The notes beneath the pieces were generated by a model, which saw only the letters and a program-made list of their open reading frames with translations, did no database searches and had not been told where the DNA came from. A DNA stretch of 64,000 nucleotides from an uncultured Anaerotignum sp. (GTDB taxonomy: Bacteria > Bacillota > Clostridia > Lachnospirales > Anaerotignaceae): positions 8,183 through 72,182 of the forward strand of contig CAJTQX010000003.1 in assembly GCA_910578425.1 (NCBI GenBank), read 5' to 3'. Positions 1 to 8,311 of the stretch are shown one piece after another (the first letter of the stretch is position 1; the number at the start of each line of letters is the position of its first letter). The position numbers were made by a program, and so were the translations under genes.

Positions 1-1
1 A

Positions 2-295
2 TTGGCGATTGCGGCGGCCGTTGTTTTGCTGGCCGGACAGGCAATGCCGCCGTTGACGCTGCCCGCCGCGGGGAATTTCATATTCCTGGGGGCGTTCTGT
101 ACGGCGTTGTATTTTGTGTTGCAGTCTGTTGGGCAGAGGATTACGCCGCCGAGCAAAGCGGCGGTCATCATTACATCGGAATCCATATTCGCGGCAATCA
201 TATCGGCACTGGTTTATGGGGAACGGCTTTCAGCGCGCGGGCTCTGCGGGTGCGCGCTGATATTTCTGGCGATACTGCTGGCGGAACGGAAATGA
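2..295 (+). CDS. DMT/EamA family transporter, C-terminal part (5' end outside window)
   Basis: Hydrophobic helices with EamA-like motifs (GQRITPPSKAAVI..ESIFAAI..GERLS..GCALI). Confidence 0.8.
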   Translation: MAIAAAVVLLAGQAMPPLTLPAAGNFIFLGAFCTALYFVLQSVGQRITPPSKAAVIITSESIFAAIISALVYGERLSARGLCGCALIFLAILLAERK

Positions 296-310
296 GAAAA
301 AAGATATGGA

Positions 311-535
311 GGGGCTCTGCCCCCTCCACCCCCGCAAGGGCATTCTGCCCTTGACCCTTTTGCAGCCGCATTTCATGCGGCTGGGGGAAACTGTATATGA
401 TTTGGTACTTAACAAAGTTGAGGTAATGGAATTTATACAAAAGGTTTAATATCCGCAAAACGAAGTTTTGCGTAATAAAGTTTGGGGTCAAGACCTTTTC
501 AAAGGGCTTGTAGGGTGTGGGACAAAGTCCCACGA
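311..535. repeat. REP-like palindromic cluster (two units in inverted orientation) upstream of recA
   Basis: GGGGCTCTGCCCC..CCCCGCAAGGG..CCCTTGACCC at 311-357; hairpin GCCGCATTTCATGCGGC; AATAAAGTTTGGGGTCAAG..GGGCTTGTAGGGTGTGGGACAAAGTCCCAC at 474-533; same modules recur at six other loci. Confidence 0.8.
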
Positions 536-578
536 TTTTCAGAAAAACATAAATAAGTAAAAGAAAGGCGGCGGTACC

Positions 579-1871
579 ATGGCGGGGAAATCCGGCAAAT
601 CACAAAAATTTGAACCGAAATTTGAAGATAAGGAAAAGGCACTGGAAGCGGCATTAGGCTATATCGAAAAACAGTACGGCAAGGGCGCGGTTATGAAAAT
701 GGGCGACCAGAACGCGAAAATGAACGTGGAGGTTATCCCGACCGGCTCTTTGAGCCTGGATATCGCGCTGGGCGTAGGCGGTGTGCCAAAGGGCAGGATC
801 ATCGAAATCTATGGGCCGGAATCCTCCGGCAAGACAACAGTCGCGCTGCATATCGTTGCGGAGGTGCAGAAACGCAAGGGCATTGCGGGCTATATTGACG
901 CGGAGCATGCGATGGACCCTACATATGCCAAAGCACTGGGCGTGGATATTGATAATCTGTATATTTCGCAGCCGGACGACGGCGAACAGGCATTGGAAAT
1001 TGCGGAAACGATGGTCCGCAGCGGTGCGATTGACATTGTTGTGGTAGACTCTGTAGCGGCACTGGTGCCGCGCGCGGAGATTGAGGGCGAAATGGGCGAT
1101 TCCCATATGGGTTTGCAGGCAAGGCTGATGAGTCAGGCTTTGCGGAAGCTGACGGGCATCGTGAAAAAATCCAACTGCACCGTTATTTTTATCAACCAGC
1201 TGCGCGAAAAAATCGGCGTGTCATTCGGCAATCCGGAAACGACAACAGGCGGGCGGGCACTGAAATTTTATGCCTCTGTGCGTATTGACATCCGCAAGGG
1301 TGACCCGCTGAAAACGGGGACGGATATTATCGGCAGCCGTGCGAAACTGAAGGTTGCAAAGAATAAAGTTGCGCCGCCCTTCAAGACGGCAGAGTTTGAT
1401 ATTGTGTACGGACAGGGAATTTCTATGGAAGGCGATATTCTGGATCTGGCGGTGGAAGTGGATATTGTGAACAAGAGCGGCTCATGGTATGCATACAAGG
1501 AAACGCGCATAGGGCAGGGGCGTGAAAACGCAAAGCAGTTCCTGCGGGATAACCCTGAGATTTGCAAGGAGATAGATAACGCGGTGCGGGAGCACTATGG
1601 GCTGCCTTCGCCGGACGCAAAACCTGCTGAGGGAGCGGCGGAAGGCGCGGAAAAAGCGGAAGACGCGGAAGCGGCGAAGGAAACAGAAGGAACGGCGAAA
1701 AAAGGAAAGGCGAAGGGCAAAAAGGCCGCGGAAAAAGCAGAGCCTGCACCGGAGGAACCGGAAGAAAAAGCCGAGTCGGAAGAGGAGCCTGCTGAGGAAC
1801 CGGAAGGACTGGAGGACGACGATGCCGATGAGGACGAACCGGTTATTCTGGAAACAGAAATTGATTTCTAA
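579..1871 (+). CDS. recA: Recombinase RecA with long charged C-terminal extension
   Basis: Walker [46 protein letters not shown]. Confidence 0.99.
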   Translation: MAGKSGKSQKFEPKFEDKEKALEAALGYIEKQYGKGAVMKMGDQNAKMNVEVIPTGSLSLDIALGVGGVPKGRIIEIYGPESSGKTTVALHIVAEVQKRKGIAGYIDAEHAMDPTYAKALGVDIDNLYISQPDDGEQALEIAETMVRSGAIDIVVVDSVAALVPRAEIEGEMGDSHMGLQARLMSQALRKLTGIVKKSNCTVIFINQLREKIGVSFGNPETTTGGRALKFYASVRIDIRKGDPLKTGTDIIGSRAKLKVAKNKVAPPFKTAEFDIVYGQGISMEGDILDLAVEVDIVNKSGSWYAYKETRIGQGRENAKQFLRDNPEICKEIDNAVREHYGLPSPDAKPAEGAAEGAEKAEDAEAAKETEGTAKKGKAKGKKAAEKAEPAPEEPEEKAESEEEPAEEPEGLEDDDADEDEPVILETEIDF

Positions 1872-1918
1872 ATTTTGGGGACAGGATTATTCTGCTTCGC
1901 ACTCCTGCGCAAATGGTG

Positions 1919-1947
1919 TTGATTCTTTTTCCCTTTTATGGTATCAT
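1919..1947 (+). promoter_or_regulatory. Putative sigma-A promoter of scfA
   Basis: TTGATT (1919-1924), 17-nt spacer, extended -10 TG-G-TATCAT (1942-1947). Confidence 0.6.
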
Positions 1948-2000
1948 AAAGCAGATTGAGGTACTTTATCAAACAGAATATATGTCAGGAGGGAAAGAAT

Positions 2001-2147
2001 ATGACAAGAATCAAAACGATTGCGACAAGGAATCTGAACCAGAGCGTACAGCATGGCGGCTGCGGCGAATGCCAGACATCCTGCCAGTCTGCATGCAAAA
2101 CATCCTGCGGCGTGGCAAACCAGCCCTGCGAAAATAAACAGGCATAA
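2001..2147 (+). CDS. scfA: SCIFF (six-cysteine) ranthipeptide precursor
   Basis: MTRIKTI...GGCGECQTSCQSACKTSCGVANQPCE signature; RBS AGGAGG upstream of ATG 2001. Confidence 0.97.
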   Translation: MTRIKTIATRNLNQSVQHGGCGECQTSCQSACKTSCGVANQPCENKQA

Positions 2148-2160
2148 GTCAAGCGGAAAC

Positions 2161-2200
2161 AGAAGGGCTTGCGCATGTTCCATGCGGAGGCTCTTTTCTT
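2161..2200 (+). terminator. Stem-loop/leaky terminator between scfA and scfB
   Basis: AAGGGCTTGCGCATG-TTC-CATGCGGAGGCTCTT followed by T-rich tract. Confidence 0.55.
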
Positions 2201-2229
2201 ATGATAAAAAGATAAAGGAGAATGGTACT

Positions 2230-3609
2230 ATGGTGCATCAATATCAACTGAACGGGTATTCCATCGTGCTGGATACATGCAGCGGCTCGATTCATTGTGT
2301 AGACGATGTGGCGTATGATGTGATTGCCATGTATGAAAGCCATACGGCGGAGGAAATTACTGCCGCTATGCTGGAAAAATACGGCGGCAGGGAAGATGTA
2401 AACGAGGCGGAAATTCGGGAATGTATTGCCGACGTTGCCGCGCTGAAAGAGGCGGGGCAGCTTTTTACGCCGGATACCTTCGCACCGCTTGCGGCGGATT
2501 TCAAGAACAAAAGCAATGTGATAAAAGCTCTCTGTCTGCATGTCGCGCACACCTGCAATCTGAACTGCTCCTACTGCTTCGCCAGTCAGGGGGAATATCA
2601 GGGGAAGCGCGCGCTGATGTCCTTTGAGGTTGGGAAACAGGCGATTGACTTCCTGATTGCCCATTCCGGCAGCCGCAGAAATTTGGAGGTTGACTTTTTC
2701 GGCGGGGAGCCGCTGATGAACTGGGAGGTTGTGAAGCAGATCGTTGCCTACGCAAGGGAACAGGAAAAGATTCATAACAAAAATTTCCGGTTTACGCTGA
2801 CAACGAACGGCATTCTGATTGACGATGAAGTGATAGAGTTTTCCAACCGCGAGATGGATAATGTTGTGCTGAGTCTGGACGGGCGGAAGGAAGTACACGA
2901 CCATCTGCGGAAAGATTATGCAGGGGCGGGGAGCTATGACCGGATTGTGCCGAAATTCCAGAAACTTGCGGCGGCGCGTGGAGATAAAAGCTATTACATT
3001 CGCGGTACATATACCCACAACAATACGGATTTTACAAACGATATTTTCCACATGGCAGACCTGGGCTTTACAGAGCTGAGTATGGAGCCTGTGGTCTGCG
3101 CGCCGGATGACCCTTACGCGCTGACGGAGGCGGATTTGCCCGTATTGTATGAGCAGTACGAAATACTGGCAAAGGAAATGCTGAAACGCAAGCGGGAAGG
3201 ACGTCCGTTCACGTTTTACCACTATATGCTTGATCTGACGAACGGACCCTGTGTATACAAGCGCATTTCCGGCTGCGGCTCCGGTACGGAATATATGGCG
3301 GTAACGCCCTGGGGGGAGCTGTTCCCCTGCCACCAGTTTGTGGGAGATGAAGCGTACAGCCTTGGGAACATCTGGGACGGTGTGAAAAATGAGGCGGTGC
3401 AGGAGGAATTTCGTTCCTGCAATGCCTACGCCAGAGAGGAGTGTAAGGACTGCTGGGCGAAATTGTACTGCTCCGGTGGGTGCGCTGCGAATGCTTATCA
3501 TGCTTCGGGCAGCATTCGGGGCGTATATGAATATGGCTGCGAGCTGTTCAGAAAACGCATGGAATGTGCCATCATGCTGAAAATTGCAGAAAGCGAGGAA
3601 GGGCTTTGA
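2230..3609 (+). CDS. scfB: SCIFF radical SAM/SPASM thioether-forming maturase
   Basis: CNLNCSYC radical SAM motif, FFGGEPL, SPASM cysteines (CGSG..PCH..CKDC..CSGGC); next to SCIFF peptide; RBS AAGGAG before ATG 2230. Confidence 0.95.
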   Translation: MVHQYQLNGYSIVLDTCSGSIHCVDDVAYDVIAMYESHTAEEITAAMLEKYGGREDVNEAEIRECIADVAALKEAGQLFTPDTFAPLAADFKNKSNVIKALCLHVAHTCNLNCSYCFASQGEYQGKRALMSFEVGKQAIDFLIAHSGSRRNLEVDFFGGEPLMNWEVVKQIVAYAREQEKIHNKNFRFTLTTNGILIDDEVIEFSNREMDNVVLSLDGRKEVHDHLRKDYAGAGSYDRIVPKFQKLAAARGDKSYYIRGTYTHNNTDFTNDIFHMADLGFTELSMEPVVCAPDDPYALTEADLPVLYEQYEILAKEMLKRKREGRPFTFYHYMLDLTNGPCVYKRISGCGSGTEYMAVTPWGELFPCHQFVGDEAYSLGNIWDGVKNEAVQEEFRSCNAYAREECKDCWAKLYCSGGCAANAYHASGSIRGVYEYGCELFRKRMECAIMLKIAESEEGL

Positions 3610-4964
3610 GCAGGATAAGCACGCCAATCTGCGATTTTGTGCGGGCATACGGAAAAAGGGATTTCGCAAGGCTGCATATGCCGGGGCATAAGGGCATGGC
3701 CTTTTTGGGCTGTGAAGCATTGGATATTACGGAAATTGCGGGGGCGGATGAGCTTTACCAGCCGGACGGCGTGATTGCGGAGAGTGAAGAAAACGCGCGG
3801 CGGTTGTTCGGAGCAGGGAAAACGGTTTACGGAACGGAAGGATCTTCGCAGTGCATTCGGGCCATGCTGTTCCTTGCATTGCAGTCGGCAAAGGCAAAAA
3901 AAACGGGCGGACGCCCTGTTGTTCTGGCTGGACGGAACGCGCACAAAGCCTTTCATTATGCCTGCGCGCTGCTGGATTTAGATGTGGAATGGCTTATGCC
4001 GGAGCGGGAAAGCCTGCTCTGTACCTGCCCTATTACACCGGAGCAGGTGGAAAAAAGGCTTGCGGGGCTGACGGAAAAACCGATTGCAGTTTATATTACC
4101 GCGCCGGATTATCTGGGTTATCGTCCGGAAATCCGCAGACTGGCGGAGGCTTGCAGGGCGGCCGACGTGCCGCTTTTGGCAGACAACGCACATGGCGCGT
4201 ACCTGAAATTTTTGAATCCCTCGGAACATCCCATTGACCTCGGCGCGGCAATGACCTGTGATTCCGCGCATAAGACTCTGCCTGTGCTGACAGGCGGGGC
4301 ATATTTGCAGCTTTCGGCGGAATGGGCGGAACGGCTGGGCGGCGAAGCAAAAAAAGCTATGGAGCTTTTCGGTTCGACCAGCCCGTCTTATTTGATTTTG
4401 CAGTCGCTGGATTTTTTCAACCGCCATGCGGCGGAGGGATATCCGCAGAAATTGGCGGAAACTGTAAAAACGCTGGAACATTTGCGGGAAACATTGCGTC
4501 AAAGGGGTTGGGAAGTTTTGGAAAGCGACCCTCTGCGCCTGACGTTTCTGGCGGCAGAAATGGGATATACTGGACGCGAAATTGCAAAACGGCTGCGGAA
4601 CGGCGGCGTGGAATGTGAATTTGCAGATGGGGAGGCTGTTGTGCTGATGGCGACGCCCGAAAACCGTCCGGAGGATTTCCGGCGGGTTTTGGACGCGCTG
4701 GATGGGATAGAGCCGCGCGCTGCATTGTTTTCGCTGCACGTGCCTGCCGCCCTGCCGGAACGGAAAATGACAATACGCCAGGCAGTTTTTGCCGAACGGG
4801 AAGAAATTCTCTGCGATGCGGCTGTGGGGCGGGTTTGCGCAATGCCATGCGTTTCCTGCCCGCCTGCTGTGCCGATAGTCGCGGGCGGCGAGGTGATTAC
4901 AGAGGAAATGCTTCCATTGTTCCGCGCGTATGGCGTGGAGCGGGTGGATGTGGTAAAATTTTGA
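3606..4964 (+). CDS. PLP-dependent Orn/Lys/Arg decarboxylase family protein
   Basis: HMPGHKG, RNAHKA, DNAHGA, SAHKTLP (PLP lysine), STSPSY; likely TTG start overlapping scfB stop. Confidence 0.88.
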   Translation: MSRISTPICDFVRAYGKRDFARLHMPGHKGMAFLGCEALDITEIAGADELYQPDGVIAESEENARRLFGAGKTVYGTEGSSQCIRAMLFLALQSAKAKKTGGRPVVLAGRNAHKAFHYACALLDLDVEWLMPERESLLCTCPITPEQVEKRLAGLTEKPIAVYITAPDYLGYRPEIRRLAEACRAADVPLLADNAHGAYLKFLNPSEHPIDLGAAMTCDSAHKTLPVLTGGAYLQLSAEWAERLGGEAKKAMELFGSTSPSYLILQSLDFFNRHAAEGYPQKLAETVKTLEHLRETLRQRGWEVLESDPLRLTFLAAEMGYTGREIAKRLRNGGVECEFADGEAVVLMATPENRPEDFRRVLDALDGIEPRAALFSLHVPAALPERKMTIRQAVFAEREEILCDAAVGRVCAMPCVSCPPAVPIVAGGEVITEEMLPLFRAYGVERVDVVKF

Positions 4965-5095
4965 AATTATTTCGGAATTATTACAAATTTATTAAGAATG
5001 GGGCGAAAAAGGGAAATATTTAGGATTTTGTGGTATCATAGTTGGGTATGAATTTGCTTAGGGAAATTTCACCGGACGTACAAAGTGCGGCTGGG

Positions 5096-5154
5096 AATAA
5101 AGTTTAGGGTCAGGCCCTTTCTAAAGGGCTTGCGGGGGTTGGGGCAGAGCCCCA
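5096..5154 (+). repeat. REP-like unit
   Basis: AATAAAGTTTAGGGTCAGGCCCTTTCTAAAGGGCTTGCGGGGGTTGGGGCAGAGCCCCA. Confidence 0.8.
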
Positions 5155-5187
5155 ATGCCCTGGCTTTCAGAAAAAGGAGAGGTGGAC

Positions 5188-7539
5188 ATGAAAGGAAATG
5201 GAATGAAGCGCGCGGCAGGTGCGGTTCTGGCGGCGGTAATGCTGCTTTCGCCGCTGGGCACAACAGTATTTGGCGCGCAGACATATTACGAGCAGAAAAC
5301 GGCAAAAACGGTTACGCGCGGTGTGACATACGAACAGAACAGCCGTATGACGGACGTGGGGATACAGAATATCCACGTCCTGACGGTCGATTTGACGGAA
5401 AGTACGCTGGAATTCCGCGAGGTGGAAAGCACCAACGGCCTTGGCCTGAAAGAGACTGTAAAAAAACTGCTGACGGATAACGGCGCGCTGGCAGGCGTGA
5501 ATTCTGATTTCTTCGGCCTGAGCGGCACACATTCCGCGGCGTTTGGCCCGATTGTGCGCAATGGCGATGTGATTTCCGCCGGAACCTCGCTGAACCATGA
5601 CGAGGAGCAGTACGCGGCGTTTTTCCAGAATGAGGACGGCAATCCGTTTTTTGACTATTTCAAAATGACGGCGGTTTTTGCAAACAACCAAACCAGTTTT
5701 GAATTAGCTTCTATCAATAAGGTGACTTCTATGGTCTACCCGATTTATTTCGACCGCCAGGCAGGCGCGAATACGGCGGAAATCGACCAGAGGTTTCCTG
5801 AACTGGTGAAATTTGTTGTGGAGGATGACGAAATCACATACATTTCCCAGAAGGGAGAGCTGACGGAGGTGCCGGAAGAGGGGTACCTGATTGTGATGAG
5901 CGGGGATTACCGGGATAATACGGCGAATATGTTCCAGGTGGGCGACTATGTGGAGCTGCGCATCACTTCCTCTGTGGATTTGGACTATATTGAAACGGCA
6001 TTCGGCGGCGGCGGCAAGCTGCTGGTAAACGGGCAGGAGGCTCCAGCGACAAAAATTGTTGCGGCGGGCAGACAGCCCAGAACAGCGTTTGGCGTTTCGC
6101 AGGACGGACAGACAGCTATTTTCATGGTTGTGGACGGCAGAGGCGACAGCGTTGGCGCGACCCATGCGGAAACAGCCGCGCTGATGCGCGAATACGGCGG
6201 CTATAACGCAATGCATCTGGACGGCGGCGGTTCCTCAACAATGGTGGTGCAGACTGTCGAGGATGCGGAGCCTGTGGTGAAGAATGAAGTTTCCGAAGGC
6301 TCGGAGCGTAAGGTTATCAACGCGGTAGGCATTTTCCAGAACGCGGAACGGGGCGAAGCGGAACGTATCGCCATCACGCCCGCGCTGAACAGAACGCTCC
6401 CCGGCAAGCCGGTGGATTATGTGGTTTATGGTCTGGATGAATATGACAACAGGATAGAAATTCCGGCGGCGGAGGTGACGATGCAGGCAGTTGGCGTAGA
6501 GGGCGCATGGAGCGGCTACACATTTACACCTTCCGCAAGCGGGACGTATGAAGTGACAGCGGAATACAACGGCATGACGGCGGCCCTGCCCGGAATGGTC
6601 TGCGGGAGAACGGCACGCCTGAAGCCTTCCAATGCGGATATCAAGCTGGACGGCGTTGGCGGGACGGCGAAAATTGCCATGACCGCGCTGGATGATGATG
6701 GATTCAGCTATTGGGTATCCACAAGTACGGAATACACTGTTGCGGATGAAAGCATCGGCACGATGGCGGAAAATGTGTTTACGGCGAAAAACAATGGTTC
6801 TACCTATATTAAATGTGAAAAGGACGGTGCAACAGCGTATATCTCCGTAACGGTCGGCGATGGCGGAAAGGCGCAGAAGCCTGCGGATACCGTCCCCGCG
6901 GATATCCTGAACAAGCCCTTTGAATATGCGAACGATGGGGCGTACTATTTGAATATTGCCGGAAAAGTCGCGTATACAGGCAGTGAAACGATAGAGGAGA
7001 GCACATATAATAACGCGCGGAGCAGGGCGAAGGGCGTGATTGACGCAAAAGCGGAGGTTGCGGTTTACGGCGGGAAAAATGACATCCAGTCCGCAACGAA
7101 GCTGGACAGCCTGAGCTGGACGGGCGCGTACCGTTTCCTGAACCGCGGCGGCGTAAGCCTTGCGATGGTTACGGCGGCAAAGGGCGGCATTACGGCGACA
7201 GACCCCAGCCAATGGGCAAGGCTGACACAGGATATTGAAGCTGCCGGAAATGATACGATCATCATTGTGACGGATAAAACGCCTTCTGAATATTCCTCCG
7301 CGGCGGAAACGAATTATTTGCGGGCGATATTGGGGAAATACGCAGTGCAGGGCAAAAAGGTGTTTGTAGTGTCCTGTTATAATCAGGGCTATTGGAGTTC
7401 TGTCAAGGACGGCGTGCGCTATCTGAACCTCCCGAACCTCTGGAAGGCCGATGGTACGGTAAACGAGGATTTCCGTATGCTGCGGTTCCGGGTGAATGGT
7501 GCTGATGTGGCGTATGATGTGGTGAAAGTGAACCAGTAA
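5188..7539 (+). CDS. Secreted phosphodiester glycosidase (NAGPA/DUF2233) family protein with Ig-like region
   Basis: Signal peptide; AGVNSDFF, QPRTAFG, VVDGR, HLDGGGSS motifs; RBS AGGAGAGG. Confidence 0.85.
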   Translation: MKGNGMKRAAGAVLAAVMLLSPLGTTVFGAQTYYEQKTAKTVTRGVTYEQNSRMTDVGIQNIHVLTVDLTESTLEFREVESTNGLGLKETVKKLLTDNGALAGVNSDFFGLSGTHSAAFGPIVRNGDVISAGTSLNHDEEQYAAFFQNEDGNPFFDYFKMTAVFANNQTSFELASINKVTSMVYPIYFDRQAGANTAEIDQRFPELVKFVVEDDEITYISQKGELTEVPEEGYLIVMSGDYRDNTANMFQVGDYVELRITSSVDLDYIETAFGGGGKLLVNGQEAPATKIVAAGRQPRTAFGVSQDGQTAIFMVVDGRGDSVGATHAETAALMREYGGYNAMHLDGGGSSTMVVQTVEDAEPVVKNEVSEGSERKVINAVGIFQNAERGEAERIAITPALNRTLPGKPVDYVVYGLDEYDNRIEIPAAEVTMQAVGVEGAWSGYTFTPSASGTYEVTAEYNGMTAALPGMVCGRTARLKPSNADIKLDGVGGTAKIAMTALDDDGFSYWVSTSTEYTVADESIGTMAENVFTAKNNGSTYIKCEKDGATAYISVTVGDGGKAQKPADTVPADILNKPFEYANDGAYYLNIAGKVAYTGSETIEESTYNNARSRAKGVIDAKAEVAVYGGKNDIQSATKLDSLSWTGAYRFLNRGGVSLAMVTAAKGGITATDPSQWARLTQDIEAAGNDTIIIVTDKTPSEYSSAAETNYLRAILGKYAVQGKKVFVVSCYNQGYWSSVKDGVRYLNLPNLWKADGTVNEDFRMLRFRVNGADVAYDVVKVNQ

Positions 7540-7590
7540 ACGTCTGAGAATATAGGCGGTTTTGCGGTGTGTGCATGGTGGGGGATGAAT

Positions 7591-7869
7591 ATGTGGATTC
7601 TTTTTGGTGTGCTGGCGATTATAACGGCGTTTATGAACGTATCATGGACGGCGGAGGGGAAAGAAAGCAAACGGCTGATGTTTGCCAGCCTGTCGTTTAC
7701 GGCTTTGACGCTGTGCAGCTTTTACCAGGGCGACGCCAACTGGGTGCTGAACAGGGACTGGGCTGCATTGGAAGATGTGACGCCGTTTGTGGCCAGACGC
7801 TTATGGGTATGCACGATTGCTTCGATTGCAATCAACAGCGTGTCCCTGCTTATAAAGCATGAGAAATGA
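7591..7869 (+). CDS. Small hypothetical membrane protein
   Basis: About 92 aa, three hydrophobic segments. Confidence 0.65.
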   Translation: MWILFGVLAIITAFMNVSWTAEGKESKRLMFASLSFTALTLCSFYQGDANWVLNRDWAALEDVTPFVARRLWVCTIASIAINSVSLLIKHEK

Positions 7870-7941
7870 ATCCCGGGTTTTGCAATACAGGAGTGTTTTC
7901 TGTAAGGACTGAAAATAAATACCAAAAATTGCGCAGTTTTC

Positions 7942-7970
7942 TTGTAAAAATGGGAAGAATAAGGTAGTAT
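7942..7970 (+). promoter_or_regulatory. Putative sigma-A promoter upstream of the cell-wall polysaccharide operon
   Basis: TTGTAA-17nt-TAGTAT. Confidence 0.45.
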
Positions 7971-8004
7971 AGGATGGGTAGGGAGAAGGATTCCCTGCCC
8001 ATTT

Positions 8005-8270
8005 CAGCGTGTCAAAAAAGGCTCAGGCTACGCCTTCAAGCCTTTTTTGAGGGACTTGCGGTATAAAGGGACTCATTCCAGCGGCTTTCTGAAAAATCGC
8101 AGAAAGCCTTGAAACTCGCCCTTTTCCTCGTGCGGAACCGCAAGCGGCGGCTTTCAGCCGGTTTGCGGAGCAAACTTCCGCAGGCAAAGCCCGCCCTGCG
8201 GATTCCAGTCAGGAAACGCTTCGTTTCCCGAACCTTTCCGCGGCGAGAAAGAAGGTTTTTTGACAGTCTG
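8005..8270. mobile_element. MITE-like element with terminal inverted repeats and internal hairpins
   Basis: Left end CAGCGTGTCAAAAAA, right end TTTTTTGACAGTCTG; left 33 bp recur inverted at 50392-50424; no transposase. Confidence 0.65.
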
Positions 8271-8311
8271 GGATGGGGAGGGTATAGAATAAAAAGATTT
8301 AGGAGCGGACT

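Noticed and set aside
198..533. Short ORFs in palindromic intergenic DNA (also near 5069-5305, 16523-16913, 21104-21433, 56297-56703)
   Set aside because: They are translations of the repeat elements, with recurring GLCP/KPF/KGL words and no RBS support
296..578. SOS (LexA/Cheo) box upstream of recA
   Set aside because: No GAAC-N4-GTTC seen; the palindrome CGCAAAACGAAGTTTTGCG belongs to the repeat family and its core recurs near 54427
2053..2229. N-terminal extension of scfB given by the ORF track
   Set aside because: Overlaps scfA and the hairpin; the RBS supports ATG 2230
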